From IMG/VR virus record IMGVR_UViG_3300043436_002834, positions 20,843 through 84,842 of that record: 64,000 nucleotides of DNA. One strand, written 5' to 3'. How positions within the stretch are numbered: position 1 is the stretch's first letter; every line of letters starts with the position of its first letter. Positions 8,642 through 18,915 of this stretch are shown one piece after another. The notes below the pieces were generated by a model. The model had not been told where the DNA came from and did not search any database. It worked only from the letters and a program-made list of their open reading frames with translations. This DNA is from a virus. A program made the translations under genes and the position numbers.

Positions 8642-10859
8642 AGATGACTTGGGAGAGGTTTATGAAGATATTCCTCTCTGGCATAATGGTGTATGGACTA
8701 CGCATAATTTTTCTAGCCGTGAAGAAATGGCAGATGAATTAGAAACTAATTATTTCAAAGAACCTGGAGAATACCAATTTGATGAAATAATCAAAGAGTT
8801 TCAAAGAGAAGGTATCAAGTTTAAAAAACATGGTTACTTCTGTGATGCTCCTGATGGCACCAAAGATTTTATTGATTATTGGAATCATGAAAAACTAAAA
8901 TCTAGAAAAGGTGTATTATTTTGGAAAGATGACCGCAAGTTTTATTTACCAAGAGACTACTATTTTTGGATTAACTTTTTACCTATTATTGATAAGATCA
9001 AAAGAAAAACTGATTTACCTGATATTCATGATGCACAGTATCACATGTCATTATATGAATGGATTGGTGAGTTAAAATATAGGCATGGGGTTGTACTCAA
9101 AAAGCGCCAGTTTGGATCTTCTTTTTACCATGCAGCCAAGCTTATAAATATTCTTTGGTTTGAATATTCACCTGTACTTAAAATTGGTTCTTCTCTTAGC
9201 GCTTATGTTACAGGGGTAAATGGTACTTGGAAAATGTTACAAGAATATCGCATTTTTTTAAATACTCATACAGCTTGGTATAGACCAATGAACCCAGGAG
9301 GAGTTGGAGAATGGCAACAGAAAATTGAATATGTAGAAGGTGGGAGAAAGACTGAAAAAGGTAGAAAAGGAGTATTGCAAGCCTTATCTTTTGAACAATC
9401 AGATACTGCCGGTGTAGGGGGTTTATGTACCTTATTCTTTTATGAAGAAGCAGGTATTGCTAAAAGTATGGATAAAACATATGAGTTCATGCTTCCTGCA
9501 TTACAAGCCGGTGAAATTACAACTGGTTATTTTATTGCTTCAGGAACCGTAGGTGATTTGAAACAATGTGAGCCATTGCGTAAATACATGTATAAAGCCC
9601 AAGGTAACGGATTTTATGAAGTACCCAACAAATGGGCTGATGCAAAAGGAACAGTTCTTAATACAGGTTTGTTTATTCCTGAACAGTGGTCAATGCCTCC
9701 ATATATTGATGAGTTTGGTAATTCAAAAGTAGATGAGGCTTTAGAAGCGCTAGTTGAATTAAAGAAACAGTGGAAGAAAGATTTGGATCCGGAAACATAT
9801 CAAATTAGATGTTCTCAGCGACCAACAAATATGGAAGAAGCCTTTGCCTTTAGAGGTGAAAGCATTTTCCCATTAGAACTTGTAAAATCACATAAGCGGG
9901 ATATTGAAGAAGGAGATTATCCATACCGATGCATTAACCTTGCTTATGATAACAAGGGTGACATTATTGCTAGTCCAACAACCAAGAAACCAATTCTAAC
10001 CTTTCCTATAGAAAAGAATGCCGAAGATAAATCAGGTGCTATTCAAGTATGGGAGGAACCAGATGAAGAAAAGGAATTTTGCACAACTTACTATGCTTCT
10101 GTTGACCCCGTGTCTGAAGGTAAAACAGTAACTTCAGACTCATTATGTTCTATCCATGTTTATAAGAATCCAGTTCATATACAAAGAGTAATGACCAATG
10201 GAGAAGTAGAAACATTTATAGAAGGAGATAAAATTGTATGTGCTTGGACAGGGCGATATGATGATATCAATAAAACTCATGAAAGATTAGAACTAATTAT
10301 TGAATGGTATCAGGCTTGGACTGTAGTAGAGAACAACGTGCCTTTATTTATTCAGTACATGCAGTTTAAAAGAAAACAAAAGTATTTGGTACCATCATCT
10401 CAAATTGTATTTTCAAAAGAGATACAAATGTCCAAAACACAATTTCAGCAATATGGTTGGCGAAATGTTTCTACAATATTTAAAACTGTAATGCTCAGTT
10501 ATTTAATTGAGTACCTTAGAGAAGAATTAGATGTAGAAACTGATGACTCTGGAAAGATATATAAAAAGCATTATGGTATATCTAGAATACCGGATTACAT
10601 GTCTATGGTTGAGATGGAACACTATCAGCCTGGAGTCAACGTGGATAGATTAATTTCATTAGCAGCCTTAATTACTTTTGTAAAAATACAGGAAGCAAGT
10701 AGAGGATTAAAGAAAAGAGTTGAGTATGATAATGAAGAACATTTGGAAAAGTCAGAAAATTTGTATAAATTAAATAAGAGTCTCTTTAGGCATATTGGAT
10801 CAAGCAGTGAATCTTTATCAATGAAGAAGCCGCGCAATCCATTTAAAAATATTAGATAA
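8634..10859 (+). CDS. terL: terminase large subunit
   Basis: LKKRQFGSS Walker-A-like, FFYEEAG Walker-B, and RNase H-like VDPV...SDS; crAss-like size and synteny. Confidence 0.9.
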   Translation: MIRDDLGEVYEDIPLWHNGVWTTHNFSSREEMADELETNYFKEPGEYQFDEIIKEFQREGIKFKKHGYFCDAPDGTKDFIDYWNHEKLKSRKGVLFWKDDRKFYLPRDYYFWINFLPIIDKIKRKTDLPDIHDAQYHMSLYEWIGELKYRHGVVLKKRQFGSSFYHAAKLINILWFEYSPVLKIGSSLSAYVTGVNGTWKMLQEYRIFLNTHTAWYRPMNPGGVGEWQQKIEYVEGGRKTEKGRKGVLQALSFEQSDTAGVGGLCTLFFYEEAGIAKSMDKTYEFMLPALQAGEITTGYFIASGTVGDLKQCEPLRKYMYKAQGNGFYEVPNKWADAKGTVLNTGLFIPEQWSMPPYIDEFGNSKVDEALEALVELKKQWKKDLDPETYQIRCSQRPTNMEEAFAFRGESIFPLELVKSHKRDIEEGDYPYRCINLAYDNKGDIIASPTTKKPILTFPIEKNAEDKSGAIQVWEEPDEEKEFCTTYYASVDPVSEGKTVTSDSLCSIHVYKNPVHIQRVMTNGEVETFIEGDKIVCAWTGRYDDINKTHERLELIIEWYQAWTVVENNVPLFIQYMQFKRKQKYLVPSSQIVFSKEIQMSKTQFQQYGWRNVSTIFKTVMLSYLIEYLREELDVETDDSGKIYKKHYGISRIPDYMSMVEMEHYQPGVNVDRLISLAALITFVKIQEASRGLKKRVEYDNEEHLEKSENLYKLNKSLFRHIGSSSESLSMKKPRNPFKNIR

Positions 10860-13594
10860 TGGAAATTTTAAATGCAATAGATTTAAAAAAGGGTAAAAGA
10901 ACCAAAAAAAATAGATTTGGTGTTTTTACTCAACCAATTCAATTTGTTCCTTCTGATGAAAAAGATGATGAGTGGTCAAAGTGGAATATAGATTGGCTAG
11001 AATGGCAAGGGATTAAACAAATTCAAGCTAAGGCAAGACGCATAATGAAGAATTATAAACTTGCTAAAGGAACAATTGATAAGACAGATTACCTGCCAGA
11101 TGTTGAGAATGAAATGACTGAAATGGTTGAGGTTTTAACCGAAGGTCAAAATGAAGCTTTGGAATTAAAGTTCTATCCTATTATTCCAAATGTTATTAAC
11201 ACAATGGTTTCTGAATTTGCTAAAAGAAATACTAAGATTGACTACCGTGCAATTGATGAGTATTCTTACAATGAGATCATGGAAAAAAAGACTGAGGAAA
11301 TAAGCAAAGTGCTTGTTGAATATGCTCAGCAAAAGTTAGTAGCTAAGATGGTAGAAATGGGAATGGATCCTAATTCTGAAGAAGCTCAACAACAACTTGA
11401 TCCAGAAGCATTAAAAAAATTACCAGAGATTGAAGATTTCTATTCTAAGAAATATCAAACTATGGCTGAAAGATGGGCAGTTAAACAACATGCAATTGAT
11501 GTTAACCGCTTTAGAATGGATGAAATGGAAGAACTTGCTTTCAGAGATTCATTAATTACTGATAGTGAGTTTTGGCATTTTAAAATGCTTGAAGATGATT
11601 ATAACATTGAGTTATTAAATCCAGCATTATCATTTTATCATAAATCTCCTAATGTTCATTATATTTCACAAGGTAACTGGGCAGGATGGATAGACATGCT
11701 TACTATTTCAGATGTAGTAGATAAGTATGGCTACTTGATGACTGCAGAACAGTTAGAAACATTAGAATTATTACATCCGGCTAGATCAGCAAGATATATG
11801 ATTGATGGTATTCCTAATGATGGATCACTATACAACTCAGATGATTCTTATGAATCTAATCGTAGATCAGGTGTTGATATGCGCAGGCATCTCTCTTTCC
11901 TAGAGAATGCTCATGACCCCCATGATGTTGTATCTTATATTGTTGGACAGAGTGAACATGCAGGTAACTTACACACTGTGGAATTACTGCGTGTTTCTAC
12001 TGTATATTGGAAGACACAACGCAGAGTTGGCCAATTGACTAAGATTGATGAAGATGGAGCAGTTATTACTGAGATAGTAGATGAAAACTATGTGGTAACT
12101 ACTAAACCTATTTACAACAAAGTATTTCAGAAAAAAGAAGCTGCTGATAATTTAATCTTTGGCGATCACATAGATTGGTTTTGGATTAATCAAGTATGGG
12201 GTGGTGTAAAAATTGGAAATAACAGAACAATCTTTAATACTGAAACTGATACTGACTTTGATCCAATCTATGTTGGTATTGACAGACAGAAACCAGGACC
12301 GCTTAAATTCCAATTCCGTGGTGATAAAACTATGTATGGTGCCAAACTACCAATTGAAGGAAAAGTATTCTCTGATAGAAATACTAAATCAACTTCTTTG
12401 GTGGATTTAATGAAACCTGCACAAATTGGATATAACATCTGTAATAATCAAATTGCAGATATTCTTGTTGATGAATTAGGTTCTGTAATTGTATTAGATC
12501 AAAATGCAATTCCTAAACATTCAATGGGTGAAGATTGGGGTAAAAACAATTTGGCTAAAGCATATGTAGCAATGAAAGACTTTTCAATGTTACCTTTAGA
12601 TCCAAGTATTGCCAATACTGAAAATGCTACTAACTTTCAGCATTATCAAGTATTAAACCTTGAGCAATCAAACCGATTGATGTCTAGAATTCAATTGGCT
12701 AATTACTTTAAACAGCAAGCCATGGAAGTTGTGGGATTAAATCCACAACGAATGGGTCAGCAATTGGGTCAAACAAATACAGCTACTGGTGTAGAACAAG
12801 CAGTATCTGGTTCTTATGCACAAACAGAAACTTATTTTATTCAACACAGTGATCATTTAATGCCTCGTGTGCATCAAATGCGTACTGACTTAGCCCAATA
12901 CTACCATTCTAATAAATCATCTGTTAGATTGCAAGGAATGATCTCTCCAGATGAGAGAACAAACTTTGAAATTAATGGAACAGATTTATTGCTTGTAGAT
13001 TTAAATGTATTTTGCCAAACAAATGCAACTAATAGAAATATGCTTGAACAACTTAAACAAGTGTTCATGAGTAATAATACTACAGGTGCATCAATCTATG
13101 ACTTAGGTAAAGCAATACAAGCTGACTCAATTGGATCACTTAATGGTATTCTTAAAGACATTGAGCAAAAAACTGAAGAGAGACGCAAAGAAGAAATGCA
13201 GCATCAAGAACAAATGCAGCAAGAGGAAATCAAAGCTAAACAAGCAGAAAAACAAATGGTGTTTGACCATGAATCTCGCGAGAAAGAAAAAGACCGCAGA
13301 TCTAGATTGCTTGAAGCTGAGATTAAAGCTGCCGGTTATGGTGCTATGCAGGATGTTAACAAAAATGAGCAATCCGATTTCCAAGATGTTCTCAAAGATG
13401 TTAAGCAGTCTGAGCAATATGCTGAAACCATGAACTTTAACAGAGAAAAAGAGTCTGCAAAAAACAACTTGCATCAACAGAAACTTGACTTAGAGAAACA
13501 AAAATTGATGAATGAGTCTCAAAATAAGCAAATTGAGTTTGCTATTGCTAGAGAAAACAAGAACCGTTTTGATCAGAAAAAACCTAATAAGTAG
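10859..13594 (+). CDS. portal protein
   Basis: 911 aa gene following terL; FYPIIP...SEF, SLVDLMKPAQIGYN and a C-terminal coiled coil as in crAss-like portals. Confidence 0.85.
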   Translation: MEILNAIDLKKGKRTKKNRFGVFTQPIQFVPSDEKDDEWSKWNIDWLEWQGIKQIQAKARRIMKNYKLAKGTIDKTDYLPDVENEMTEMVEVLTEGQNEALELKFYPIIPNVINTMVSEFAKRNTKIDYRAIDEYSYNEIMEKKTEEISKVLVEYAQQKLVAKMVEMGMDPNSEEAQQQLDPEALKKLPEIEDFYSKKYQTMAERWAVKQHAIDVNRFRMDEMEELAFRDSLITDSEFWHFKMLEDDYNIELLNPALSFYHKSPNVHYISQGNWAGWIDMLTISDVVDKYGYLMTAEQLETLELLHPARSARYMIDGIPNDGSLYNSDDSYESNRRSGVDMRRHLSFLENAHDPHDVVSYIVGQSEHAGNLHTVELLRVSTVYWKTQRRVGQLTKIDEDGAVITEIVDENYVVTTKPIYNKVFQKKEAADNLIFGDHIDWFWINQVWGGVKIGNNRTIFNTETDTDFDPIYVGIDRQKPGPLKFQFRGDKTMYGAKLPIEGKVFSDRNTKSTSLVDLMKPAQIGYNICNNQIADILVDELGSVIVLDQNAIPKHSMGEDWGKNNLAKAYVAMKDFSMLPLDPSIANTENATNFQHYQVLNLEQSNRLMSRIQLANYFKQQAMEVVGLNPQRMGQQLGQTNTATGVEQAVSGSYAQTETYFIQHSDHLMPRVHQMRTDLAQYYHSNKSSVRLQGMISPDERTNFEINGTDLLLVDLNVFCQTNATNRNMLEQLKQVFMSNNTTGASIYDLGKAIQADSIGSLNGILKDIEQKTEERRKEEMQHQEQMQQEEIKAKQAEKQMVFDHESREKEKDRRSRLLEAEIKAAGYGAMQDVNKNEQSDFQDVLKDVKQSEQYAETMNFNREKESAKNNLHQQKLDLEKQKLMNESQNKQIEFAIARENKNRFDQKKPNK

Positions 13595-13648
13595 AAAATT
13601 TATCAATTATAACTATAGTATTGCAAAAACTTTTTTGTGCACCAAAAA

Positions 13649-13720
13649 TAGTTAAACATATATTATTTACAATTGAATAAATTTGCTTATATTATATCAT
13701 AGTCAGTAATTAAACCAACA
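13649..13720 (+). promoter_or_regulatory. promoter/leader of the capsid operon
   Basis: Contains a TTAAACATATATTA box, TTTGCTTATATTATA, and the GTCAG-N4-TAAACCAAC leader motif. Confidence 0.5.
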
Positions 13721-13723
13721 AAA

Positions 13724-15004
13724 ATGACAGAAGAAGAAAAAGCAGCTCAAGCAGCTGCACAAGTCTCTAGCGCAGCGGTGCAAGAGATTGAGTTTGACAA
13801 CATTGATGATTTGTTAGGAATCCCTTCCGCAAGTTCTGTTATAGCTCCTGCGGATACTAAACCATCAGTATTGAAATCAAACAAAGTTGACATATCGTTC
13901 TTAGATGAGATTAGTGATGATGATACTGAATCTATTCAAGACCCTGATGTAGCAAAAGCTGTAGTATCTTCAATTGTTGATGCGCCACTTTTAAATACAG
14001 ATGAAGAAGAAGATGATGATCAAGCGCAAGTCAACAAAGGAGGAAGACCTAAATTAGTTAAAGATGCAATGGTGGAAGCCGCAACTAGACTAATTGATAA
14101 AGGAATTCTACAACCTTTTGATGATGGAAAAGCATTAGCTGATTATACAGTTGATGATTTTGAAGAACTCATTCAGGCAAACATTGACTCACAAACAAGT
14201 GAAGTTGCACAAAATGCACCAGTTCAGTTGTTTCAACAGTTACCTGAAGAAGTTCAAGCGGTTGTTCATTATGCTTTAAATGGAGGTCAAGATATTAAAT
14301 CGGTATTTAATCAATTGGCTAAAGCACAAGAAACCTTTGACTTAGATGTAAAAAAGGAAGAAGATCAAGAAGTAATTGCTAGACAATACTTAAATCTTAC
14401 CGGATTTGGATCTGTAGAAGAAATTGAGGATGAGATTAATGTTCTTAAAGATAGAGGGGACTTAGCTAAATATGCTGAAAGATACAAACCGAAGTTAGAT
14501 TCACGCCAGGCTGAAGTAATTGAAAAAAGATTACAAGATCAGCAAAGTGCACAGGCGCGCAAGGTTGAGATGGAAAAGAAATACCATGATGTTGTTTATT
14601 CAACATTAAATGCTAAAAACTTAAATGGTATTCCATTAAATAATAAAGTTCAAACAATGCTTTATTATGGCTTAACAGATGCAACTAAGTATCAAGACTC
14701 AAAAGGAAATCCTACAAATGCATTAGGATATCTACTTGAGCAACATCAATTTGGTCCAAAAGCTAATCCATCTTTAGTTGCTGAAGCACTTTGGTTGTTA
14801 GCTGATCCGGTTGAATACCGCAATTCAGTAAAACAATTAGGTGCAAACACAGCTAATGCAAATACTGTTCGCCAATTAAGAACTGAAGAAGCTTCAAGAA
14901 ATGCTTCATCAACTGGAATTGGAGAGCAGGCATCAAATGCTGGAAGAGTTACTGCTAAAAGAGAGCCCGTTAAAAGGCAAGGCAGATCACTTTTTTCCAG
15001 ATAA
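13724..15004 (+). CDS. acidic scaffold-like protein preceding the MCP
   Basis: Acidic disordered N-terminus and helical core; position between portal and MCP. Confidence 0.65.
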   Translation: MTEEEKAAQAAAQVSSAAVQEIEFDNIDDLLGIPSASSVIAPADTKPSVLKSNKVDISFLDEISDDDTESIQDPDVAKAVVSSIVDAPLLNTDEEEDDDQAQVNKGGRPKLVKDAMVEAATRLIDKGILQPFDDGKALADYTVDDFEELIQANIDSQTSEVAQNAPVQLFQQLPEEVQAVVHYALNGGQDIKSVFNQLAKAQETFDLDVKKEEDQEVIARQYLNLTGFGSVEEIEDEINVLKDRGDLAKYAERYKPKLDSRQAEVIEKRLQDQQSAQARKVEMEKKYHDVVYSTLNAKNLNGIPLNNKVQTMLYYGLTDATKYQDSKGNPTNALGYLLEQHQFGPKANPSLVAEALWLLADPVEYRNSVKQLGANTANANTVRQLRTEEASRNASSTGIGEQASNAGRVTAKREPVKRQGRSLFSR

Positions 15005-15036
15005 TTAAATAGTAAACAATTAAATAATAAATAAAA

Positions 15037-16653
15037 ATGAGTACACCAGTTCTAAATAATGGTATGTTCCTCCGGGACAACTATTACACAGCAAGCTCTC
15101 ATGTGGATTCTTACCACTTGATGAATTTGATGAAGGATGCACAACCAGATGACTTAGGTCCAATTGAACTTTGGGCGCAAGTTAAAAAGTTGGAAATGCC
15201 TTTGTATCAAATGTCATCTTTCAATGGTAAGAATGTTATTGAGGTAAACCACCCTCGTGGTGAATACAAGTGGTCAACACCTGTATCAGAAGAACTTCCT
15301 TTCATCATGGAAGATCTTGATCCATCAAATACAGCAAAAGGTATTGATGGTACACCGTTCAAAATCAAATTGAACAAGCGCGTATTTGGACATGGTGATA
15401 TCATCACTTATGACAAATTCAATGGTAAAGAACTTTACATTACTGACGAGGATATCCTTGACATGGGTGATGGCTTTATCTATACTGTTCAGATGCCAAA
15501 CAATGATTCATCTGCAACATTTGACAACCGTTTCTTGACTAACAACACTTATTTCTTCCGTGTAGGTTCTGCACGCGGTGAATATGGTGAGCGTTACTCT
15601 GATATCTCTATGACTCACACAAGCCGTGAGTTCTACAACTATGTTGGTAATGCTGATGCTCACGTTCACTACACAATCTCTTCTAAAGTTAAATTGATGG
15701 AGAAAGGTGGTATGCAAGCTGATGGTTCTGTACCAGTTGTTGAGATTTGGAAAAACTTTGATACAACCATGGATCCATCTATCAATACTTTAGAAGGTAT
15801 GGTTGCAGCAAAAGGTCAAGGTTATGTGAAAAAAGCAATGGACAATGGTAACCTTGTTCGCTCTTTCATCACTAAACTTGAAGCAGCTCACCTTTCTAAA
15901 ATTGCTTATGACATTGAAACTTACCTTATGTGGGGTAAAGGTGGTCGCATTAAGCAAGATGGTCCAGATGATCTTCGTTTGTCAGTTGGTTTGTGGAAAC
16001 AATTAGACTTGTCTTACAAGCATGTTTACAACAAATCTGACTTCCGTCTTGATATCTTCCGCTCTGAGATTTTCAACTTCTACAATGGTAAAGTTGACTT
16101 CCAAGGTCCAGATCCAAAACGTGAGTTGATTGTTCAAACCGGTATGGGTGGTATGCGCATGATCAATGAGGCAATTAAGCGTGAAGCATTTGCATCAGGT
16201 CTTGTATTGAATGCTAAAGAATTGGATGCTGTTAAAGGTTCAGGAATGGACTTGTCTTATGGCTTCTCTTTCACAAGCTACACTATTCCATTCTTGGCTA
16301 ATGTGAAGTTTGTATTGAACCCAGCATTTGATAACCTTCAAAACAATGAGATTGAAAACCCAATCATTGATGGTTTCCGTTTGTCTTCTTACTCATTTAT
16401 CATCTTTGATATTACTGAGAACGGTCAAGACAATATCAAATTGTTGAAGTGTGCTTGGAACAAAGACCTTGTATGGCGCTATGTAAATGGTACTATGGAC
16501 TATATGGGTCGTACACAAGGTTTTGCATCTTCAGGTAACTTTAATGGATACCAAATCTACATGACTCAGGCAATGCCTGCAATCAAAGTAGAAGATCCAA
16601 CTAAAGTGTTGAAAATTGTGATGCGTAACCCAATCACAGGAGGATCACTATAA
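15037..16653 (+). CDS. major capsid protein
   Basis: Synteny; 538 aa; strong high-expression codon bias (TTC/AAC/CGT); followed by a strong terminator. Confidence 0.85.
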   Translation: MSTPVLNNGMFLRDNYYTASSHVDSYHLMNLMKDAQPDDLGPIELWAQVKKLEMPLYQMSSFNGKNVIEVNHPRGEYKWSTPVSEELPFIMEDLDPSNTAKGIDGTPFKIKLNKRVFGHGDIITYDKFNGKELYITDEDILDMGDGFIYTVQMPNNDSSATFDNRFLTNNTYFFRVGSARGEYGERYSDISMTHTSREFYNYVGNADAHVHYTISSKVKLMEKGGMQADGSVPVVEIWKNFDTTMDPSINTLEGMVAAKGQGYVKKAMDNGNLVRSFITKLEAAHLSKIAYDIETYLMWGKGGRIKQDGPDDLRLSVGLWKQLDLSYKHVYNKSDFRLDIFRSEIFNFYNGKVDFQGPDPKRELIVQTGMGGMRMINEAIKREAFASGLVLNAKELDAVKGSGMDLSYGFSFTSYTIPFLANVKFVLNPAFDNLQNNEIENPIIDGFRLSSYSFIIFDITENGQDNIKLLKCAWNKDLVWRYVNGTMDYMGRTQGFASSGNFNGYQIYMTQAMPAIKVEDPTKVLKIVMRNPITGGSL

Positions 16654-16669
16654 TCCTACTACTAATACT

Positions 16670-16711
16670 AAAAAGGGAGGTGGATGCCAAGCAACTTCCT
16701 CCCTTTTTTTT
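16670..16711 (+). terminator. intrinsic terminator after the MCP
   Basis: AAAAGGGAGG...CCTCCCTTTT stem with a T tract. Confidence 0.8.
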
Positions 16712-16724
16712 AAATTAAAAAGTC

Positions 16725-16985
16725 ATGGCAGAAATTAAAGTAAGTGTATCAAGTCCAGATCCTGTTTTAGCACGAACACCATATACTGAAGCAGCACCTG
16801 CAAGAATTGCTCATGTAAACGAGGCAATGAGATTATTAAAAGAAGAAATTGCTGCAGTAGGTACACTACCTGCATATACTGCAATTTCTGGTCAGTCTTC
16901 TGTTGCTGGATTGCAAGCTGCAACCAATGCAAAACTATTAGAAATTACTAATAAACTTAATGCTCTAATTACAGCATTATCCTAG
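16725..16985 (+). CDS. small head-fibre/decoration-like protein
   Basis: Follows the MCP; C-terminal KLNALITAL resembles head-fibre trimerisation ends. Confidence 0.45.
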   Translation: MAEIKVSVSSPDPVLARTPYTEAAPARIAHVNEAMRLLKEEIAAVGTLPAYTAISGQSSVAGLQAATNAKLLEITNKLNALITALS

Positions 16986-16995
16986 AAAGGTAAAT

Positions 16996-17025
16996 AGAGG
17001 CGGATTCAGTGTTCTGCCTCTTTTT
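16996..17025 (+). terminator. intrinsic terminator
   Basis: AGAGGCGGA-loop-TCTGCCTCT followed by a T tract. Confidence 0.75.
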
Positions 17026-17027
17026 AT

Positions 17028-17056
17028 TATATTTGTCAGTCATAAAATAAACCAAC
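17028..17056 (+). promoter_or_regulatory. TATATTTG -7 element plus GTCAG-N8-TAAACCAAC leader
   Basis: Match to the Bacteroidota TAnnTTTG element directly after a terminator. Confidence 0.55.
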
Positions 17057-17061
17057 AAAAA

Positions 17062-18054
17062 ATGAGTACAAAATTTGAAACAATCGGTAAGGTTACAGTC
17101 AAACCTTACACTGATCCTAATCAGGAAAACATGGGACTAGAAAAGTATAATTATGTGGTATTTCCAAATACTTTTCAAGTAGAAAGTTTAGCTGCTGTAG
17201 AACAAAATGGTAAGACCCGCTATTTAACTGGCCTTAATGAGTTTGCTCCAGAAGTTAAACAAATTAAAGACCCAGAAAAAAGAAAAGCGGTTATTAAAGA
17301 TATCCGTGAAACTGTAGCTACTTTAGAAAGAGAAAGAGCATTTAATCATTTAGATCCTGAAGACAAAGAGTTTTGGTCTAAAGTAGAAATGTTTAAGCCA
17401 GACAATTCAGAAATTTGGGGCAAGGTTAGTATTAAGTTAGGCAACGATGATGTTGTCCTTGATCCTAAAGAAAATCTTGATCACCTTATCTTAGTTAAAG
17501 CAATTGAAAACGGAGGATTTTCATTAGTGGCTTCTAACTTTGAAGAGGCAAAAAGAACTAAAGCTAAATGGTACCTAGATAGACAAATTGATTCTGTTGC
17601 TTCTAGTGTTAGCATTACTAAGCTTAAAAATAAAGCAGGAGCTATTTTGGAAGAGTTATCAGAAGAGCAACCAAGAAAACTATTCTACATTGCTAAAAAC
17701 ATTGATGGAAATAGTCCACAATACTCAAACAAAACTATGCCTGGTATTATCTATAGTAATTTAGATAAATACATCAATGGTAAAGCATATGACAATAACT
17801 TAAAGCGTTGTGCTACTACATTTATTGAGCATGCAGAAATGAGTGTTGAGGATCTTAAAATTAAAGCAATTATTAAAGATGCTAGTTTCTATAAGTATAT
17901 CATTGTTAAGTCTGATGGTATGCTTTATGAGCAAACACAAAATGTAATGCTTGGTAGAAATGTTTCTGATGTTTTAGAGTATTTAAAGAATCCAACCAAT
18001 GAAGATATGTTAGATCTTTTAATGGCTAAGGTTGAAGATATTTGGAGTAAATAA
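17062..18054 (+). CDS. conserved crAss-like capsid-module protein of unknown function
   Basis: 330 aa ORF; position downstream of the MCP matches a conserved crAss-like gene. Confidence 0.6.
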   Translation: MSTKFETIGKVTVKPYTDPNQENMGLEKYNYVVFPNTFQVESLAAVEQNGKTRYLTGLNEFAPEVKQIKDPEKRKAVIKDIRETVATLERERAFNHLDPEDKEFWSKVEMFKPDNSEIWGKVSIKLGNDDVVLDPKENLDHLILVKAIENGGFSLVASNFEEAKRTKAKWYLDRQIDSVASSVSITKLKNKAGAILEELSEEQPRKLFYIAKNIDGNSPQYSNKTMPGIIYSNLDKYINGKAYDNNLKRCATTFIEHAEMSVEDLKIKAIIKDASFYKYIIVKSDGMLYEQTQNVMLGRNVSDVLEYLKNPTNEDMLDLLMAKVEDIWSK

Positions 18055-18068
18055 TTAAAATCTAGGAT

Positions 18069-18179
18069 ATGAAAACTACAATGAAAAAAGCAGCAACAAA
18101 ACCAGTTATGAAAAATGGTGGCAAAGTAGCTGTACCTAAAAAAGCTATGGGTGGCAAAATGGGTAAGAAATCTTGCTAA
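18069..18179 (+). CDS. 36 aa basic peptide with two xxxGG motifs (MKNGG, KAMGG)
   Basis: Read manually; TAATG coupling to the next gene. Confidence 0.6.
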   Translation: MKTTMKKAATKPVMKNGGKVAVPKKAMGGKMGKKSC

Positions 18180-18328
18180 TGGTTAAGAAAGGGCTTTACG
18201 CAAACATCCATGCTAAAAGAGAGCGCATTAAAAATGGTTCCGGGGAAACAATGAAAAAACCCGGAACCAAAGGTGCGCCTACTAAAAAGGATTTTGTTAA
18301 TTCTGCAAAGACAGCAAAAAAGAAATAA
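18179..18328 (+). CDS. 49 aa basic protein (GLYANIHAKRERI...KPGTKGAP)
   Basis: Read manually; resembles a small basic protein seen in aquatic phages. Confidence 0.7.
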   Translation: MVKKGLYANIHAKRERIKNGSGETMKKPGTKGAPTKKDFVNSAKTAKKK

Positions 18329-18329
18329 A

Positions 18330-18458
18330 ATGGCTAAAACTACAACTAGTAAAACCACAAAAAAATCAGATTGCGCAGTTAAGATTAAAAAATCTTTTCA
18401 AGCAGGATTAAATATAGGCCGTAATATGAAAAAGCCTGGTACTAAAAAGAAGAACTAA
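18330..18458 (+). CDS. 42 aa Lys-rich protein
   Basis: ATG at 18330 directly after the previous stop (the ORF track's 18273 start is overextended). Confidence 0.55.
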   Translation: MAKTTTSKTTKKSDCAVKIKKSFQAGLNIGRNMKKPGTKKKN

Positions 18459-18748
18459 TGGCAAAGACACCTGCTTGGACTCGCAAGGAAGGCAAAAATC
18501 CAAATGGAGGATTAAATGCTAAAGGTAGAGCTTCTGCTAAAGCGCAAGGTTCTAATTTAAAAGCTCCTGTAAAATCAGGAACTAATCCACGAAGAGTGAG
18601 TTTTGCTGCTAGATTTGGAGGAATGGCTGGACCAGAAAAGAAACCTAATGGTGAACCTACAAGATTAAAGTTAGCTTTAAAAGCTTGGGGCTTTGGTAGT
18701 AAAGAAGCGGCCAGAAAATTTGCAAATACACACAAAAAGAAAAGGTAA
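18458..18748 (+). CDS. basic protein (PAWTRKEGKNPxGGLNAKGRAS family)
   Basis: Recognisable small basic phage protein ending RxSFxAR...LALKAWG. Confidence 0.75.
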   Translation: MAKTPAWTRKEGKNPNGGLNAKGRASAKAQGSNLKAPVKSGTNPRRVSFAARFGGMAGPEKKPNGEPTRLKLALKAWGFGSKEAARKFANTHKKKR

Positions 18749-18915
18749 TGGCAACTGTTAAAAAAGGTATGGGTTTTAAAGCAGCACAAAAAGGTATTGC
18801 TAAAAAACAAGGTTTATCAATGAAAGCTGCAGGAGCCATACTTGCATCTGCTGCTAGAAAAGCTTCGCCTGCAGCAAAGCGCAAAAACCCAAATCTCAAA
18901 AAAGTTAAAGGGTAA
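18748..18915 (+). CDS. 55 aa Lys/Ala-rich protein
   Basis: Read manually; TAATG-coupled on both sides. Confidence 0.65.
   Translation: MATVKKGMGFKAAQKGIAKKQGLSMKAAGAILASAARKASPAAKRKNPNLKKVKG

Noticed and set aside
8634-16653. Introns or inteins in terminase, portal or MCP
   Set aside because: The frames are continuous, sizes are typical, and no splicing or LAGLIDADG motifs were seen.
18273-18329. ORF-track start at 18273
   Set aside because: It overlaps the better-supported 18179-18328 gene; ATG 18330 is the plausible start.
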